This document shows positions 28,722 through 37,445 of a stretch of DNA of 64,000 nucleotides, one piece after another. The position numbers and the translations under genes are program-made. The notes under the pieces were generated by a model, which saw only the letters and a list, made by a program, of their open reading frames with translations, ran no database searches and was not told where the DNA came from. Location of the stretch: contig MEUZ01000003.1 of the NCBI GenBank assembly GCA_001772615.1, positions 350,433-414,432 of the forward strand, written 5' to 3'. Source of the DNA: a candidate division WWE3 bacterium RIFCSPHIGHO2_01_FULL_40_23. Its GTDB lineage: Bacteria > Patescibacteriota > WWE3 > UBA101185 > 2-01-FULL-41-18. The stretch's first letter is position 1, and every line of letters starts with the position of its first letter.

Positions 28722-30308
28722 ATGGAGATAAAAAGATCAGCGCTTTACCTCTTTTTCTTATCCTTATTTTTTTTAGTCTTTATATACGGTAACAAAGCTT
28801 TTGGGATGGCTATCATTTATCCGGAACCTTACCCCGTTTTTACCAATGAACAAAAAGCCGTAATTTACTATGACGAAAAAACCGGAATGGAAACTCTTGT
28901 TGCGTCAACAACCTTCAGAGGTGAAGCTAAAGATTTCGGTTGGATTATCCCAACACCTTCAAAACCAGAGGTTACCGCAGTTAAAGATGATATCTTCACG
29001 GCGCTTGATGCCCTCACGCAACCTAAGTATGATTACCCGGCACCTGTTATGCCCTTGTATTCACTATCAGGTCTTTCTGTATCCGAAAGGGCGGTAGATA
29101 CCGTTAAAGTTTTAGAAACCAAAAACGTTGATGTTTATACCACAACTATAGTTGAAGCCAACGATAAAGAATCTCTTTTAAAATGGCTTGAAGAAAATAA
29201 TTACAAAGTTTCAAAAAGTATGGAGTTTGTTCTTAATGATTATGTTAATAAAAACTATTACTTCGTTCTTGCCAAAATTAATACTGAAGCCTTAGGAGCT
29301 TTTGTTTCAGGCCAGCTTAAAGAAGGTCATATTAATCCCCTTAAAGTAACTTTTGCAACCAAAAATATTATTTATCCATTAAGACTAACGGGCGCGGGAT
29401 CATATCAGGAAGCAGGGAGAAAAATTGCGGCATACTCCTTTGAGCAAGGTATGGAAGGCTGGTGGATTGACTACGCAACCTACAAACCCTCATCTCAACC
29501 GGGGGCATCTTCAGAACCCGTACAGGTTGCCCCTAATACTGCGCTATCAACAGATTTCTCCAAACACGGCACTTACTCACTAAAGATCACAGGACAAAAT
29601 GCAACAAGCCTTAAAACTACTGTGTCAGATCTGACGCCCGGGACTCAATATGTACTATCGGCATATGTCAGAAGCAAAAACCCTGTATCGGGAAATGCCT
29701 TGCTAAGAGTAGAGGGCGGAAATTTATACCTTAAATCAGCGCCTCTTTCCTTAAGAGAGTTGGCAGATTGGAAAAAGTTGGAGCTTCCTTTTGCCGCAAC
29801 TTCAACCTATCACGAGCTTTACCTTACCGTAAGCGATATGAGTACGGAAGGAGAAATATATTTTGATGTGATACAGCTTGAGGAAGGCAGCGTCTCAACC
29901 GAATTCACGCAGGAAAAACTTCCTAACCAGGGAAAGTATCAAAACTATTATTCAAACTCGGCAACTGTTTTATTGTATGTAATTGCCAATCACAAAAAAG
30001 ATGTTCCGGGTTTTACAACAGCATACGCGGGCTGGGTTAAGGAAGATAAGCTTGAAAAACTTTCAACTCTTGACAGCGGGGAGCCGTGGATGAATTTCAC
30101 GGGAAGGAAGTATCTTACAAAACTTTCAAGGTACATGCCCTATTCACAAATGAATAATGATCTTGTTATTAATAATGCCGAGAACAATAATCCTGTCGGA
30201 ACCGGTGAGGTTTATCTTCAGAAGCCTTTTAGATTTTTATTCGTTATCATTCTTCCTATAGCGCTTGAAGTTGCATTAATTGTATACTTTATTAAAAGGA
30301 GGAAATAA
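28722..30308 (+). CDS. Secreted/membrane-anchored protein, DUF2330-like N-terminal domain with a carbohydrate-binding-module-like region and a C-terminal TM anchor
   Basis: Signal peptide MEIKRSALYLFFLSLFFLVFIYG. A GWIIPTP motif. A beta-rich region SLKITGQNATSLKTTVSDLTPGTQYVLSAYV... A C-terminal hydrophobic helix followed by KRRK. Confidence 0.5.
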   Translation: MEIKRSALYLFFLSLFFLVFIYGNKAFGMAIIYPEPYPVFTNEQKAVIYYDEKTGMETLVASTTFRGEAKDFGWIIPTPSKPEVTAVKDDIFTALDALTQPKYDYPAPVMPLYSLSGLSVSERAVDTVKVLETKNVDVYTTTIVEANDKESLLKWLEENNYKVSKSMEFVLNDYVNKNYYFVLAKINTEALGAFVSGQLKEGHINPLKVTFATKNIIYPLRLTGAGSYQEAGRKIAAYSFEQGMEGWWIDYATYKPSSQPGASSEPVQVAPNTALSTDFSKHGTYSLKITGQNATSLKTTVSDLTPGTQYVLSAYVRSKNPVSGNALLRVEGGNLYLKSAPLSLRELADWKKLELPFAATSTYHELYLTVSDMSTEGEIYFDVIQLEEGSVSTEFTQEKLPNQGKYQNYYSNSATVLLYVIANHKKDVPGFTTAYAGWVKEDKLEKLSTLDSGEPWMNFTGRKYLTKLSRYMPYSQMNNDLVINNAENNNPVGTGEVYLQKPFRFLFVIILPIALEVALIVYFIKRRK

Positions 30309-30934
30309 TGGCTCTTGCTACGGTGGCGCCCTATACATACATGAATCCCTATGATTTTATCGGCCCGGTAATAGTTCTTGGAGCATTAATACTCTTGGTT
30401 GGAGCAGGATACCTTATTCTTAAATTTATACTTGGCGGTGGGACCGTCTCATCTAAAATTGAATCCGCTAAAAGAGGCTATTATTATCTACTTTCTTTTA
30501 TCACTCTTTCAATCCTCTACTTTGCGGCATCGGACACCTTGAGTCTTTTACTCTCAACCATTACAGGGTCTAATTACTACGGGTACTCATATGAAAATTT
30601 CGCAAGGGGAATTGCCTTAAGAGCGGCAGTACTCATTGTTGTCCTCCCGGTTTATATTTACCACTGGTTTGCCGCCTCAAAACAGGTTCTCTCGCCAGAT
30701 GAAGAGGTAAGAAGCTTTGCGCAAAGGGAAAGAAAAGGGTACGTCCAAATAGTTCTTACTTTTTCAACAATAATACTTATTATTACAGGTGTCAGATTTA
30801 TTTATCTTCTATTGCTTCTTGGCCTTGGTGTTTCGGGAGTTGAACTGTCAAGTTTTACCATGCCGTTTTCATATTCTCTTGGGATTCTTGCCATCTGGCT
30901 TTACCATTTAAAGATCCTAAAAGAAAATTCCTGA
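30308..30934 (+). CDS. Multi-pass membrane protein, hypothetical
   Basis: Its ATG overlaps the stop of the previous ORF (taATGg). About 6 TM helices. Confidence 0.5.
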   Translation: MALATVAPYTYMNPYDFIGPVIVLGALILLVGAGYLILKFILGGGTVSSKIESAKRGYYYLLSFITLSILYFAASDTLSLLLSTITGSNYYGYSYENFARGIALRAAVLIVVLPVYIYHWFAASKQVLSPDEEVRSFAQRERKGYVQIVLTFSTIILIITGVRFIYLLLLLGLGVSGVELSSFTMPFSYSLGILAIWLYHLKILKENS

Positions 30935-30978
30935 AATCTTTCCGAAAGACTTGTTTTTTCATCCACCTTTAAAACCGT

Positions 30979-31007
30979 TTGACATTTAAACTATGCGTTG
31001 ATATATA
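30979..31007 (+). promoter_or_regulatory. Sigma70-type promoter (TTGACA, 17-nt spacer, TATATA)
   Basis: ttgaca 30979-30984, a 17-nt spacer, tatata 31002-31007. Confidence 0.6.
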
Positions 31008-31014
31008 TAAATCA

Positions 31015-31223
31015 CACGGCACCTCCTTGCCGGAGTCAATGTCGATTGGGTGGTTGCTCCCAAAGTAACCACCCAAACTAATAACCCACAGATCCGACTT
31101 CAAAAAGAAGGATCTGTTTACAGTGCGGCCCACCAGGTTTTGCTGTCCGCGAGAGGCCCGCAAAACCTGACACCGAAGAGGGGACCTATGAGTGCTTTCG
31201 CATCCAGGGTCCCCTATTTTGTA
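31015..31223 (+). ncRNA. Candidate small non-coding RNA (about 210 nt), family unassigned
   Basis: Bounded by a consensus promoter and an intrinsic terminator (ggggacc...ggtcccc plus TATTTTGT at 31178-31223). Contains internal hairpins gggtggtt/aaccaccc, agatcc/ggatct and ggttttgc/gcaaaacc. No convincing ORF. It lies in a convergent intergenic region. Confidence 0.45.
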
Positions 31224-31224
31224 C

Positions 31225-31290
31225 GTCATTCCTGCGAAAGCAGGAATCTGGAGATCCCAGGTCATCCGCCAGCTGGCGGACGGGATGACA
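31225..31290. repeat. Palindromic repeat family copy R2
   Basis: gtcattcctgcgaaagcaggaatctggagatcccaggtcatccgccagctggcggacgggatgaca. Confidence 0.65.
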
Positions 31291-31300
31291 TAAAGTCAGT

Positions 31301-33139
31301 TTAAGAAGACAAAACACTTCTAAAAGCTTCTTGCGGGATGTCAACTTTTCCAAATCTCTTTAAACGTTTTTTTCCTTCTTTTTGCTTTTCAAGAAGTTTA
31401 TCCTTTCTTTCCCTATGTCCACCTGACATTTTCTTTAAAACATCCTTTCTTACTGCGGGAATATTTTCCCTTGCAATAATCTTTCCCGAAATTGCCGCCT
31501 GGAGAGATATTTCAAACTGGTGCTTTGGAATTACATTTTTTAACTTTTCCAGAACGCTCCTTCCATACTTTTGCGCGCTCTCCGCGACAACAATTTGAGA
31601 AAGGGGACCAACAATTTCTCCATGAACCAAAATATCAAGCTTTACGGCGTTAACAGGGCGATAATCCAAAAAGTCATAATCAAGACTTCCAAATCCCGAG
31701 GATACTGACTTAAGCTCATCAAAAAAGTTTAATATAAGCTCTGAAAGCGGAAGTTCGTATGCAAGTGTCACCTTTTTTTCAGAGAGGTAATCCATCCTTT
31801 TTAAAACACCTCTATGATTTTCGCAAAGCTCTATAACTCTTCCGAGAAAATCGGTCGGGACAAAAATTGATATTTTAATCCAAGGCTCATAAATTTCCTT
31901 GATCTCCGAAATAGATGGCATTTGAGACGGGGAATCCACTTCAACTTCGGATCCCTCATTAAGTTTGACTTTATATGAAACGTTAGGTATTGAGGAAATA
32001 AGATTTAAATTGTACTCGCGCTCAAGTCTTTCCTGCACTACTTCGGCGTGAAGTAAACCAAGAAAGCCGCATCTGAATCCAAAGCCAAGGGCTGATGAAG
32101 ACTCCGGCTCAAAAGAAAGGGAAGAATCTGACAGGCTTAATTTCAAAAGAGCTTCCCGCAGTGCCGGGAATTTATCATTTTCTGTAGGGTAGAGTGATAG
32201 AAATACAAAAGGCTTTACTTCCTTGTAACCCGGTAGGGCTTCTGAAGTAGTTTCGGTTTTGAGGGGAATGTCCCTGTCTAAAACTACAGTATCTCCAACC
32301 CTCACCTTTTTTATTTCCTTTAAACCTGTTGCAATATACCCAACTTCGCCTGCAGAAAGAATTGAAGCCTTTTTCCTTTGCGGAGAGAAAAATCCAATCT
32401 CTTCAGGAAAAGAGCCAACTCCCGTCGCAAGAAATCTAATTTTCTCTTTCTTTAAAGTATCCTCTTGTGAGATCTTCCCATCAACCACTCTCACTAGTGC
32501 AACAACCCCGAGGTATTCATCAAAAAAGGAATCAAAGATCAAAGCCCTGAATGGACCGTCCTCCTTTCCTGAAGGCGGTGGAACTCTTTTAATTATCTCC
32601 CTTAAAAGATTTTCCGTATTCTGCCCGGTTTTTGCGGAGACAAAAACAATATCTTCTTTTTTAAAACCTAAAGTTGAAACTAAATCTTTCGCAACTTTTT
32701 CAGGCTCGGATGAAGGAAGGTCAATTTTATTTACAACCGGAATTATCGTTAAACCTGCTTCCATTGCCTTATAAACATTTGACAAGGTTTGGGCTTCTAT
32801 ACCCTGCGTTGCGTCCACAACCAAGACCGTGCCTTCGCACGCGGCAAGTGACCTTGAAACTTCATATGAGAAGTCAACGTGCCCCGGTGTGTCAATAAGG
32901 TTAAGTTCGTAGGTCTCCGACTTTTCGGGGGTGTAAAACATCCTAACGGCCTTCAACTTTATTGTGATGCCCTTCTCCCTCTCAAGGTCCATGCTGTCAA
33001 GAGTCTGCTCACGCATCTCCCTTTTATCTAAAGTTTTAGTAATCTCAAGAAAGCGGTCCGCCAAAGTTGACTTCCCATGGTCAATATGGGCAATAATGCA
33101 AAAATTCCTTATATTCTTTGGAGAAATACCTTCCCGCAT
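31301..33139 (-). CDS. lepA: Elongation factor 4 (LepA)
   Basis: NIRNFCIIAHIDHGKSTLADRFL. Start placed at MREGISPKNIRNF. The ORF track extends further 5'. Confidence 0.9.
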   Translation of the reverse strand: MREGISPKNIRNFCIIAHIDHGKSTLADRFLEITKTLDKREMREQTLDSMDLEREKGITIKLKAVRMFYTPEKSETYELNLIDTPGHVDFSYEVSRSLAACEGTVLVVDATQGIEAQTLSNVYKAMEAGLTIIPVVNKIDLPSSEPEKVAKDLVSTLGFKKEDIVFVSAKTGQNTENLLREIIKRVPPPSGKEDGPFRALIFDSFFDEYLGVVALVRVVDGKISQEDTLKKEKIRFLATGVGSFPEEIGFFSPQRKKASILSAGEVGYIATGLKEIKKVRVGDTVVLDRDIPLKTETTSEALPGYKEVKPFVFLSLYPTENDKFPALREALLKLSLSDSSLSFEPESSSALGFGFRCGFLGLLHAEVVQERLEREYNLNLISSIPNVSYKVKLNEGSEVEVDSPSQMPSISEIKEIYEPWIKISIFVPTDFLGRVIELCENHRGVLKRMDYLSEKKVTLAYELPLSELILNFFDELKSVSSGFGSLDYDFLDYRPVNAVKLDILVHGEIVGPLSQIVVAESAQKYGRSVLEKLKNVIPKHQFEISLQAAISGKIIARENIPAVRKDVLKKMSGGHRERKDKLLEKQKEGKKRLKRFGKVDIPQEAFRSVLSS

Positions 33140-33197
33140 GGGGAGAATTGTAGCATATAAAAATCCCCGTCTAGTTGAACCTAAGACGGGGAACAAA

Positions 33198-33539
33198 CTA
33201 CTTCTTTCTGAAGGGAAACGCAAACCTTAACGGGAGGAAAAAATGAATTCCCGCAAGAGTCATAACCACGGCATTGGCGACCGAAAGCGTGAAGCCGGGT
33301 TTATACTCAACATAATTAAGCGTAAAAGTCGGAAGGATTGCCCCCCAAAGAAAAATCTTGGAGATAAACCTTGCCGCTTTTCCGCTATTCTGACTGGCCC
33401 AGATCCCAATCGCTCCTAAAACATAAGCTATGGGGCGATAGTCTGAAAATGACCTGGCTACGAGCACCCCAGCAAAAAACATCAGAACTCCAAGTAGAAC
33501 AGGACCTAAAAGGTCCCTGTCAAATGAGGTCCTCTTCAT
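33198..33539 (-). CDS. Small membrane protein, hypothetical
   Basis: 113 aa, about 3 TM helices, slightly higher GC. Confidence 0.4.
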   Translation of the reverse strand: MKRTSFDRDLLGPVLLGVLMFFAGVLVARSFSDYRPIAYVLGAIGIWASQNSGKAARFISKIFLWGAILPTFTLNYVEYKPGFTLSVANAVVMTLAGIHFFLPLRFAFPFRKK

Positions 33540-33586
33540 CTTCGTCTTCGTCTCCTTTCAATTTGGATAGAATTAATTATATCATA

Positions 33587-35269
33587 CTATAGGCTCTGAT
33601 CTTGAACTCCTCCTGGAACGTCCCCGCTTGCTACTGATGCAACACTAGTAGCTGCTTCCACTCCCGATTTAAACCCAATCCTTCTTATAAGCCTGTACAA
33701 TAACTCCACCTCCCTGACTGAAAACACCTTAGTAAAAAGCAAATAAGATAAAAATCCAAAGAGGCAAGCCGTAAGAGTCAAAATCAAAAGCGGAACGGTT
33801 CTTGTTGTATCAAAGATAAACTTTTCAAGAAGCTTCATCGGCGCATATAAAGATATTCCCATAAATAAAGCGGCATAGCTGATCTTAACAAAAGGATTAA
33901 ATAAGGATTCAAGGTTAAAACCCGAAACTTTTTTATGAAGAAGAAACATTAATATAAGAAAGTCAAAAATACTGCTGACCGAATAAGAAAAGGCAATTGA
34001 CCAGACACCGTAATTCAAAACCTTAACAAGATAATACGAAAACGCAACATCAAAAGGTATTGTAAAAAGCATTACTTTAAGAGGAGTTTTTGTATCATGA
34101 AGCGCGTAAAAGGCTCTTGTAACAAGATAAACCGCGCTTTGGGAAAAAATTGACAAACTAAAGAAGGCAACCGCGTAAGAAGTGGCAAGCGTCGCAAACC
34201 ATGAAAACTTTGACGTTCCATAAACAAGCCTTACAACAGGCACTCTTAAAACAAGGAGAACAATCGCCGCAGGAATCACAAGAAAAAGCATCTGGTGCAA
34301 TGAAGTTGTAAATGTTTCTTTAAATTTTTCAAATTTCTGATCATCTGATTCATAAGCGAGGGTTGGAAGCGCTGCGTTTGCGATAGAAACACCGAAAAGA
34401 TTAATCGGAAAGCTTTGAAGCTGCTCCGCAAATTTAAACACAACTACGGAGGACGAAGAAATAAGTATGGCCAAAGATGTGTCAATTAAAGCTGAAACCT
34501 GATTTATGGCTGAAGCGAGAAGCCTTGAAGGAGTAAGTTTTAAAATTTCCCTCACACCCTTTTCCTTAAAATCAAGACTAAAGGAATGAGAAAAATTAAC
34601 CCTCTTAAGGAGGGGAAGCTGGATCAGAAGATGAAGAATGGCCCCGATTACGACGCCGTAAGCGGCGCTTCTTACACCCATAAAGGGGGCAAGAAAAACC
34701 ACACCCAAAATCATCCCGACATTGTATAAAACGGGGGCAAGAGATGGGACAAGAAAGTACCTGAAAGACTGAAGGATGCTTGTCACAAAGCTTGAAACTA
34801 TAAGGATAATTTGAGCAACAACCATAATCCTCATAAGTTCTTCACCAAGCAAAAGCTCTGACTCCGTGAAGTTCCCAAGAGACATTGCAAACATAAGTTT
34901 CTTCGCAAAAATAAAAGCTAAAATACCAAGAAGCAGGAAAGCAAAAAGCGAAATATTAATAATAGATGAGGATATGTGCCAGGCTTCCCCCTCATCTTTT
35001 TTCATATATGAAGTAAAAATAGGGATAAAAACGGAAGAAAAAGTCCCAACAACAAGGATGCTGAAAATAAAAGAGGGTATCCGATCAGCGGTAAAAAAGA
35101 CTCCAAGATCCGATGAATCCCCAAAGTAAGAAGATAAAACCCTAGTCCTTACAAAAGAAAGAAGAGCCGCTAAAGCGTAGGTTATACTGATTATTGAAGC
35201 GGCCGAAATTATGGTTTTTTGCGTCTGAAAGAGAAATGAAGTCCCGTTTTTAAGCACTGACTTGACCAT
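33587..35269 (-). CDS. murJ: Lipid II flippase MurJ (MviN)
   Basis: 560 aa with about 14 TM helices. The N-terminal pattern is typical of MurJ. Confidence 0.8.
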   Translation of the reverse strand: MVKSVLKNGTSFLFQTQKTIISAASIISITYALAALLSFVRTRVLSSYFGDSSDLGVFFTADRIPSFIFSILVVGTFSSVFIPIFTSYMKKDEGEAWHISSSIINISLFAFLLLGILAFIFAKKLMFAMSLGNFTESELLLGEELMRIMVVAQIILIVSSFVTSILQSFRYFLVPSLAPVLYNVGMILGVVFLAPFMGVRSAAYGVVIGAILHLLIQLPLLKRVNFSHSFSLDFKEKGVREILKLTPSRLLASAINQVSALIDTSLAILISSSSVVVFKFAEQLQSFPINLFGVSIANAALPTLAYESDDQKFEKFKETFTTSLHQMLFLVIPAAIVLLVLRVPVVRLVYGTSKFSWFATLATSYAVAFFSLSIFSQSAVYLVTRAFYALHDTKTPLKVMLFTIPFDVAFSYYLVKVLNYGVWSIAFSYSVSSIFDFLILMFLLHKKVSGFNLESLFNPFVKISYAALFMGISLYAPMKLLEKFIFDTTRTVPLLILTLTACLFGFLSYLLFTKVFSVREVELLYRLIRRIGFKSGVEAATSVASVASGDVPGGVQDQSL

Positions 35270-35300
35270 AATGACTCATATGCTATCATAGGCTTCGTCT

Positions 35301-35612
35301 ATGGCAAACACAAAATCAGCCCTAAAGGCGTTAAGACAATCAAAAAAGAGGGCAAGCGAAAATCTGTTCTGGAAAGAAAGGGTAAGGTCCTTAGTGAGAG
35401 AAATAAAGACGCCTACTTCAAATCCTGATATACTTAATGAACAATTCAGTAAGTTGCAAAGCTACCTGGACAAAGCGGTTAAAAACAAAGTTATTCACAA
35501 AAATAAAGCCGCCAGACTTAAGTCCAGAGTGCTTAAAGCTGCCCATGCCAAATCAACAAAACCCAAACCCTCCAAAGGATCAAAGCCCCATAAGTCCGAA
35601 CCTGATAAGTGA
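35301..35612 (+). CDS. rpsT: 30S ribosomal protein S20
   Basis: MANTKSALKALRQSKKRASEN... Confidence 0.9.
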   Translation: MANTKSALKALRQSKKRASENLFWKERVRSLVREIKTPTSNPDILNEQFSKLQSYLDKAVKNKVIHKNKAARLKSRVLKAAHAKSTKPKPSKGSKPHKSEPDK

Positions 35613-36126
35613 AATTGAAAGACCTTATTCCAAAACCATTGTACAGCGATCAAATACTCTTTTAATCATAGCGGGGTATTTACTTCTTATTGCCGAGATA
35701 ATTTCAGCGAGTCTTATAGCTTTTAATGTGAAGATTACAAATGACCTTAAAGAGATAGATGCTACCTTTAAAGAAAAAGCAACTCTACTAAATGACTACA
35801 AGGACTTTGAGGCAAAAGCCATCCGTGTATCAAAAAAAATTGACTCGTTCTATAGAATCAAAGCACTAAATGACAAAAAACAGCAGAAAATAAAAATAAT
35901 TTATGATTCAACTCCCGCGGACGTACAGGTCTCAAGCTTTTCACTTTCCGAAGGGATTTTATCTCTTGGTTTAAGAGCATCGGAGGGAGTTTCCTTTGCA
36001 AAATTTATAGCATCATATCTTTCAAATAGTATTGTAAAAGAGATCTCTTTAAGTTCGGCGGTTTACGACCCTGTATCACAAGGCTATGAATTCCGGGTTG
36101 ATGTTTACATTACGGAGGGGAAATGA
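35545..36126 (+). CDS. PilN-like bitopic membrane protein (start uncertain; overlaps the rpsT 3' end in another frame)
   Basis: TM helix TLLIIAGYLLLIAEIISASLIAF, followed by a coiled-coil and an alpha/beta domain. There is no in-frame ATG/GTG/TTG after the rpsT stop, so the only ATG (35545) lies inside rpsT. Confidence 0.45.
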   Translation: MPNQQNPNPPKDQSPISPNLISEIERPYSKTIVQRSNTLLIIAGYLLLIAEIISASLIAFNVKITNDLKEIDATFKEKATLLNDYKDFEAKAIRVSKKIDSFYRIKALNDKKQQKIKIIYDSTPADVQVSSFSLSEGILSLGLRASEGVSFAKFIASYLSNSIVKEISLSSAVYDPVSQGYEFRVDVYITEGK

Positions 36127-36713
36127 GCCCGCTTCAATTTAGATTCTGGAACAGATATCAAAGACAATATCTTTATGAGCCAAAGAAAAAAGCAACTTTG
36201 CTTCTTGCAACCATTACCGTTTTACTAGTTCTCATTTATCTTTTTGGCATCAGAAATCAAATTACTCTAATTAAAGAAAGATTAGCCTTTATAAAAGAAA
36301 AGGAAACTAAAATTAAAACCATGAATGAAAATCTGGAAATTTTATCCACAATCAGACCGGTATACAGCCAGTCCGCAGGCTCAATCAGAAAGCTTGAAGA
36401 TTACATACCCGATGAAGAAGCCCTCCCTGACCTTCTTGAGTATATGTCAATTTCTGCTCCCAATTACGGCTTTCAGTTAATAGGCCTCTTCCCAAGAGAA
36501 GAACCCTCGGACGATCCAAATCTCAAAGCTACAAGGCTTGACATCAGATTTTCTGGGAGTCCTCAAAGAGTCTTTGATTTAATAAAGGAGTTAGAAAACT
36601 ACAAGCGCTTTATTGGAGTAAATTCAATAGTAATAGGGAGCGGGCAAGTTTACGGATACGAGGAAACCAGGCTTGATGTAACGGTTTACTCCCTTAAGGA
36701 GGCCAATGAATAA
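36123..36713 (+). CDS. PilO-like type IV pilus assembly protein
   Basis: An N-terminal TM helix, a coiled-coil, and a C-terminal region LPDLLEYMSISAPNYGFQLIGLFPREE...IRFSGSPQRVFDLIKELENYKRFIGVNSIVI that fits the PilO family. Confidence 0.55.
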   Translation: MSPLQFRFWNRYQRQYLYEPKKKATLLLATITVLLVLIYLFGIRNQITLIKERLAFIKEKETKIKTMNENLEILSTIRPVYSQSAGSIRKLEDYIPDEEALPDLLEYMSISAPNYGFQLIGLFPREEPSDDPNLKATRLDIRFSGSPQRVFDLIKELENYKRFIGVNSIVIGSGQVYGYEETRLDVTVYSLKEANE

Positions 36714-36879
36714 AAGAGCTTTCTTTTTAGTATGTACAACTTTAATAACCGTAGTATTATTAATATGGATAAACTTTTACTTTGAATATATTTACGAAGG
36801 AAGTGCCAATGTGGTATCCTTAAGAGAGACAGGGTTAAGTGTAGAAAAGTTTGAAGGTCTTAAAAACCTTGTCAGGTAA
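36706..36879 (+). CDS. Small TM protein (57 aa), hypothetical
   Basis: Its ATG overlaps the PilO-like stop. It has a single TM helix. It falls below the ORF-track length cutoff. Confidence 0.3.
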   Translation: MNKRAFFLVCTTLITVVLLIWINFYFEYIYEGSANVVSLRETGLSVEKFEGLKNLVR

Positions 36880-36887
36880 GCCTGCCT

Positions 36888-37445
36888 ATGAATTCTACAG
36901 AAGCCAAACAGGGATTTATAACTTTTGTAATAACACTCGTTGTTGCAAGTGGAGTTTTTGCCGCTTTGTATCTTGCCGTAAATAAACTTAATACAAAAGC
37001 GGAGGTTGAAGTCGCAGTCAGTGACCAGACCGTTGTAAGCGCGCCTACCCCCGCACCAAGAGAAACTGCGAAGGAAGAAAAACAGAAGGAAAATGTATTT
37101 GCAGCGCTTGTCAAACCTGAAACCCCAACAGAAGGGAGTGCTAAAGATGATGTGAAAAAGGAAGAGGTAAAAGGAGATACGACAACCCTTGCAACAGACA
37201 CACCCAAACAGGAAACAAAGCAGGAGTTAAAAAAGCTTCCCGAGAAAAGTTCCAAAGTCCTCGGAGCCGCGGATAACGCACCGCAAACTACACCAGGCGC
37301 CGTACCGACAACCGGCACAGGATCTTTCACATCTCTTATTCTTATTTCAGCTATTTTTATAATTTACGGAACTTACTTTGGGCTAAAGAGGGCAAGACCC
37401 CTTGCAATAAGAAACTTTGAAAGAAGGATAACTAAAGGACTCTAA
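36888..37445 (+). CDS. Low-complexity surface protein with a prepilin-like N-terminus and a sortase-type C-terminal sorting signal (VPTTG + TM + KRAR)
   Basis: The N-terminus reads MNSTEAKQGFITFVITLVVASGV. The middle is T/P/K/E-rich. The C-terminus is AVPTTGTGSFTSLILISAIFIIYGTYFGLKRARP. Confidence 0.55.
   Translation: MNSTEAKQGFITFVITLVVASGVFAALYLAVNKLNTKAEVEVAVSDQTVVSAPTPAPRETAKEEKQKENVFAALVKPETPTEGSAKDDVKKEEVKGDTTTLATDTPKQETKQELKKLPEKSSKVLGAADNAPQTTPGAVPTTGTGSFTSLILISAIFIIYGTYFGLKRARPLAIRNFERRITKGL

Noticed and set aside
31015-31223. Assignment of the ncRNA candidate to 6S, SRP (4.5S), tmRNA or RNase P RNA
   Set aside because: I could not find the SRP domain-IV GNRA/AGCAGC motif, the tmRNA CCA-acceptor or tag ORF, the RNase P P4 AGGAAAGTCCGG motif, or an end-to-end 6S helix. 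It is left as family-unassigned.
30969-31304. ORFs 30969-31265 (minus strand) and 31050-31304 (plus strand)
   Set aside because: Both read through the terminator hairpin and the palindromic repeat. The IPAFAGMT peptide is just the translated repeat core. The region is better explained as ncRNA plus repeat.
36872-37330. Minus-strand ORF antisense to the VPTTG surface protein
   Set aside because: Its low-complexity Ser/Thr/Ala translation mirrors the sense-strand Thr/Pro/Lys-rich gene, so it is an antisense artefact.
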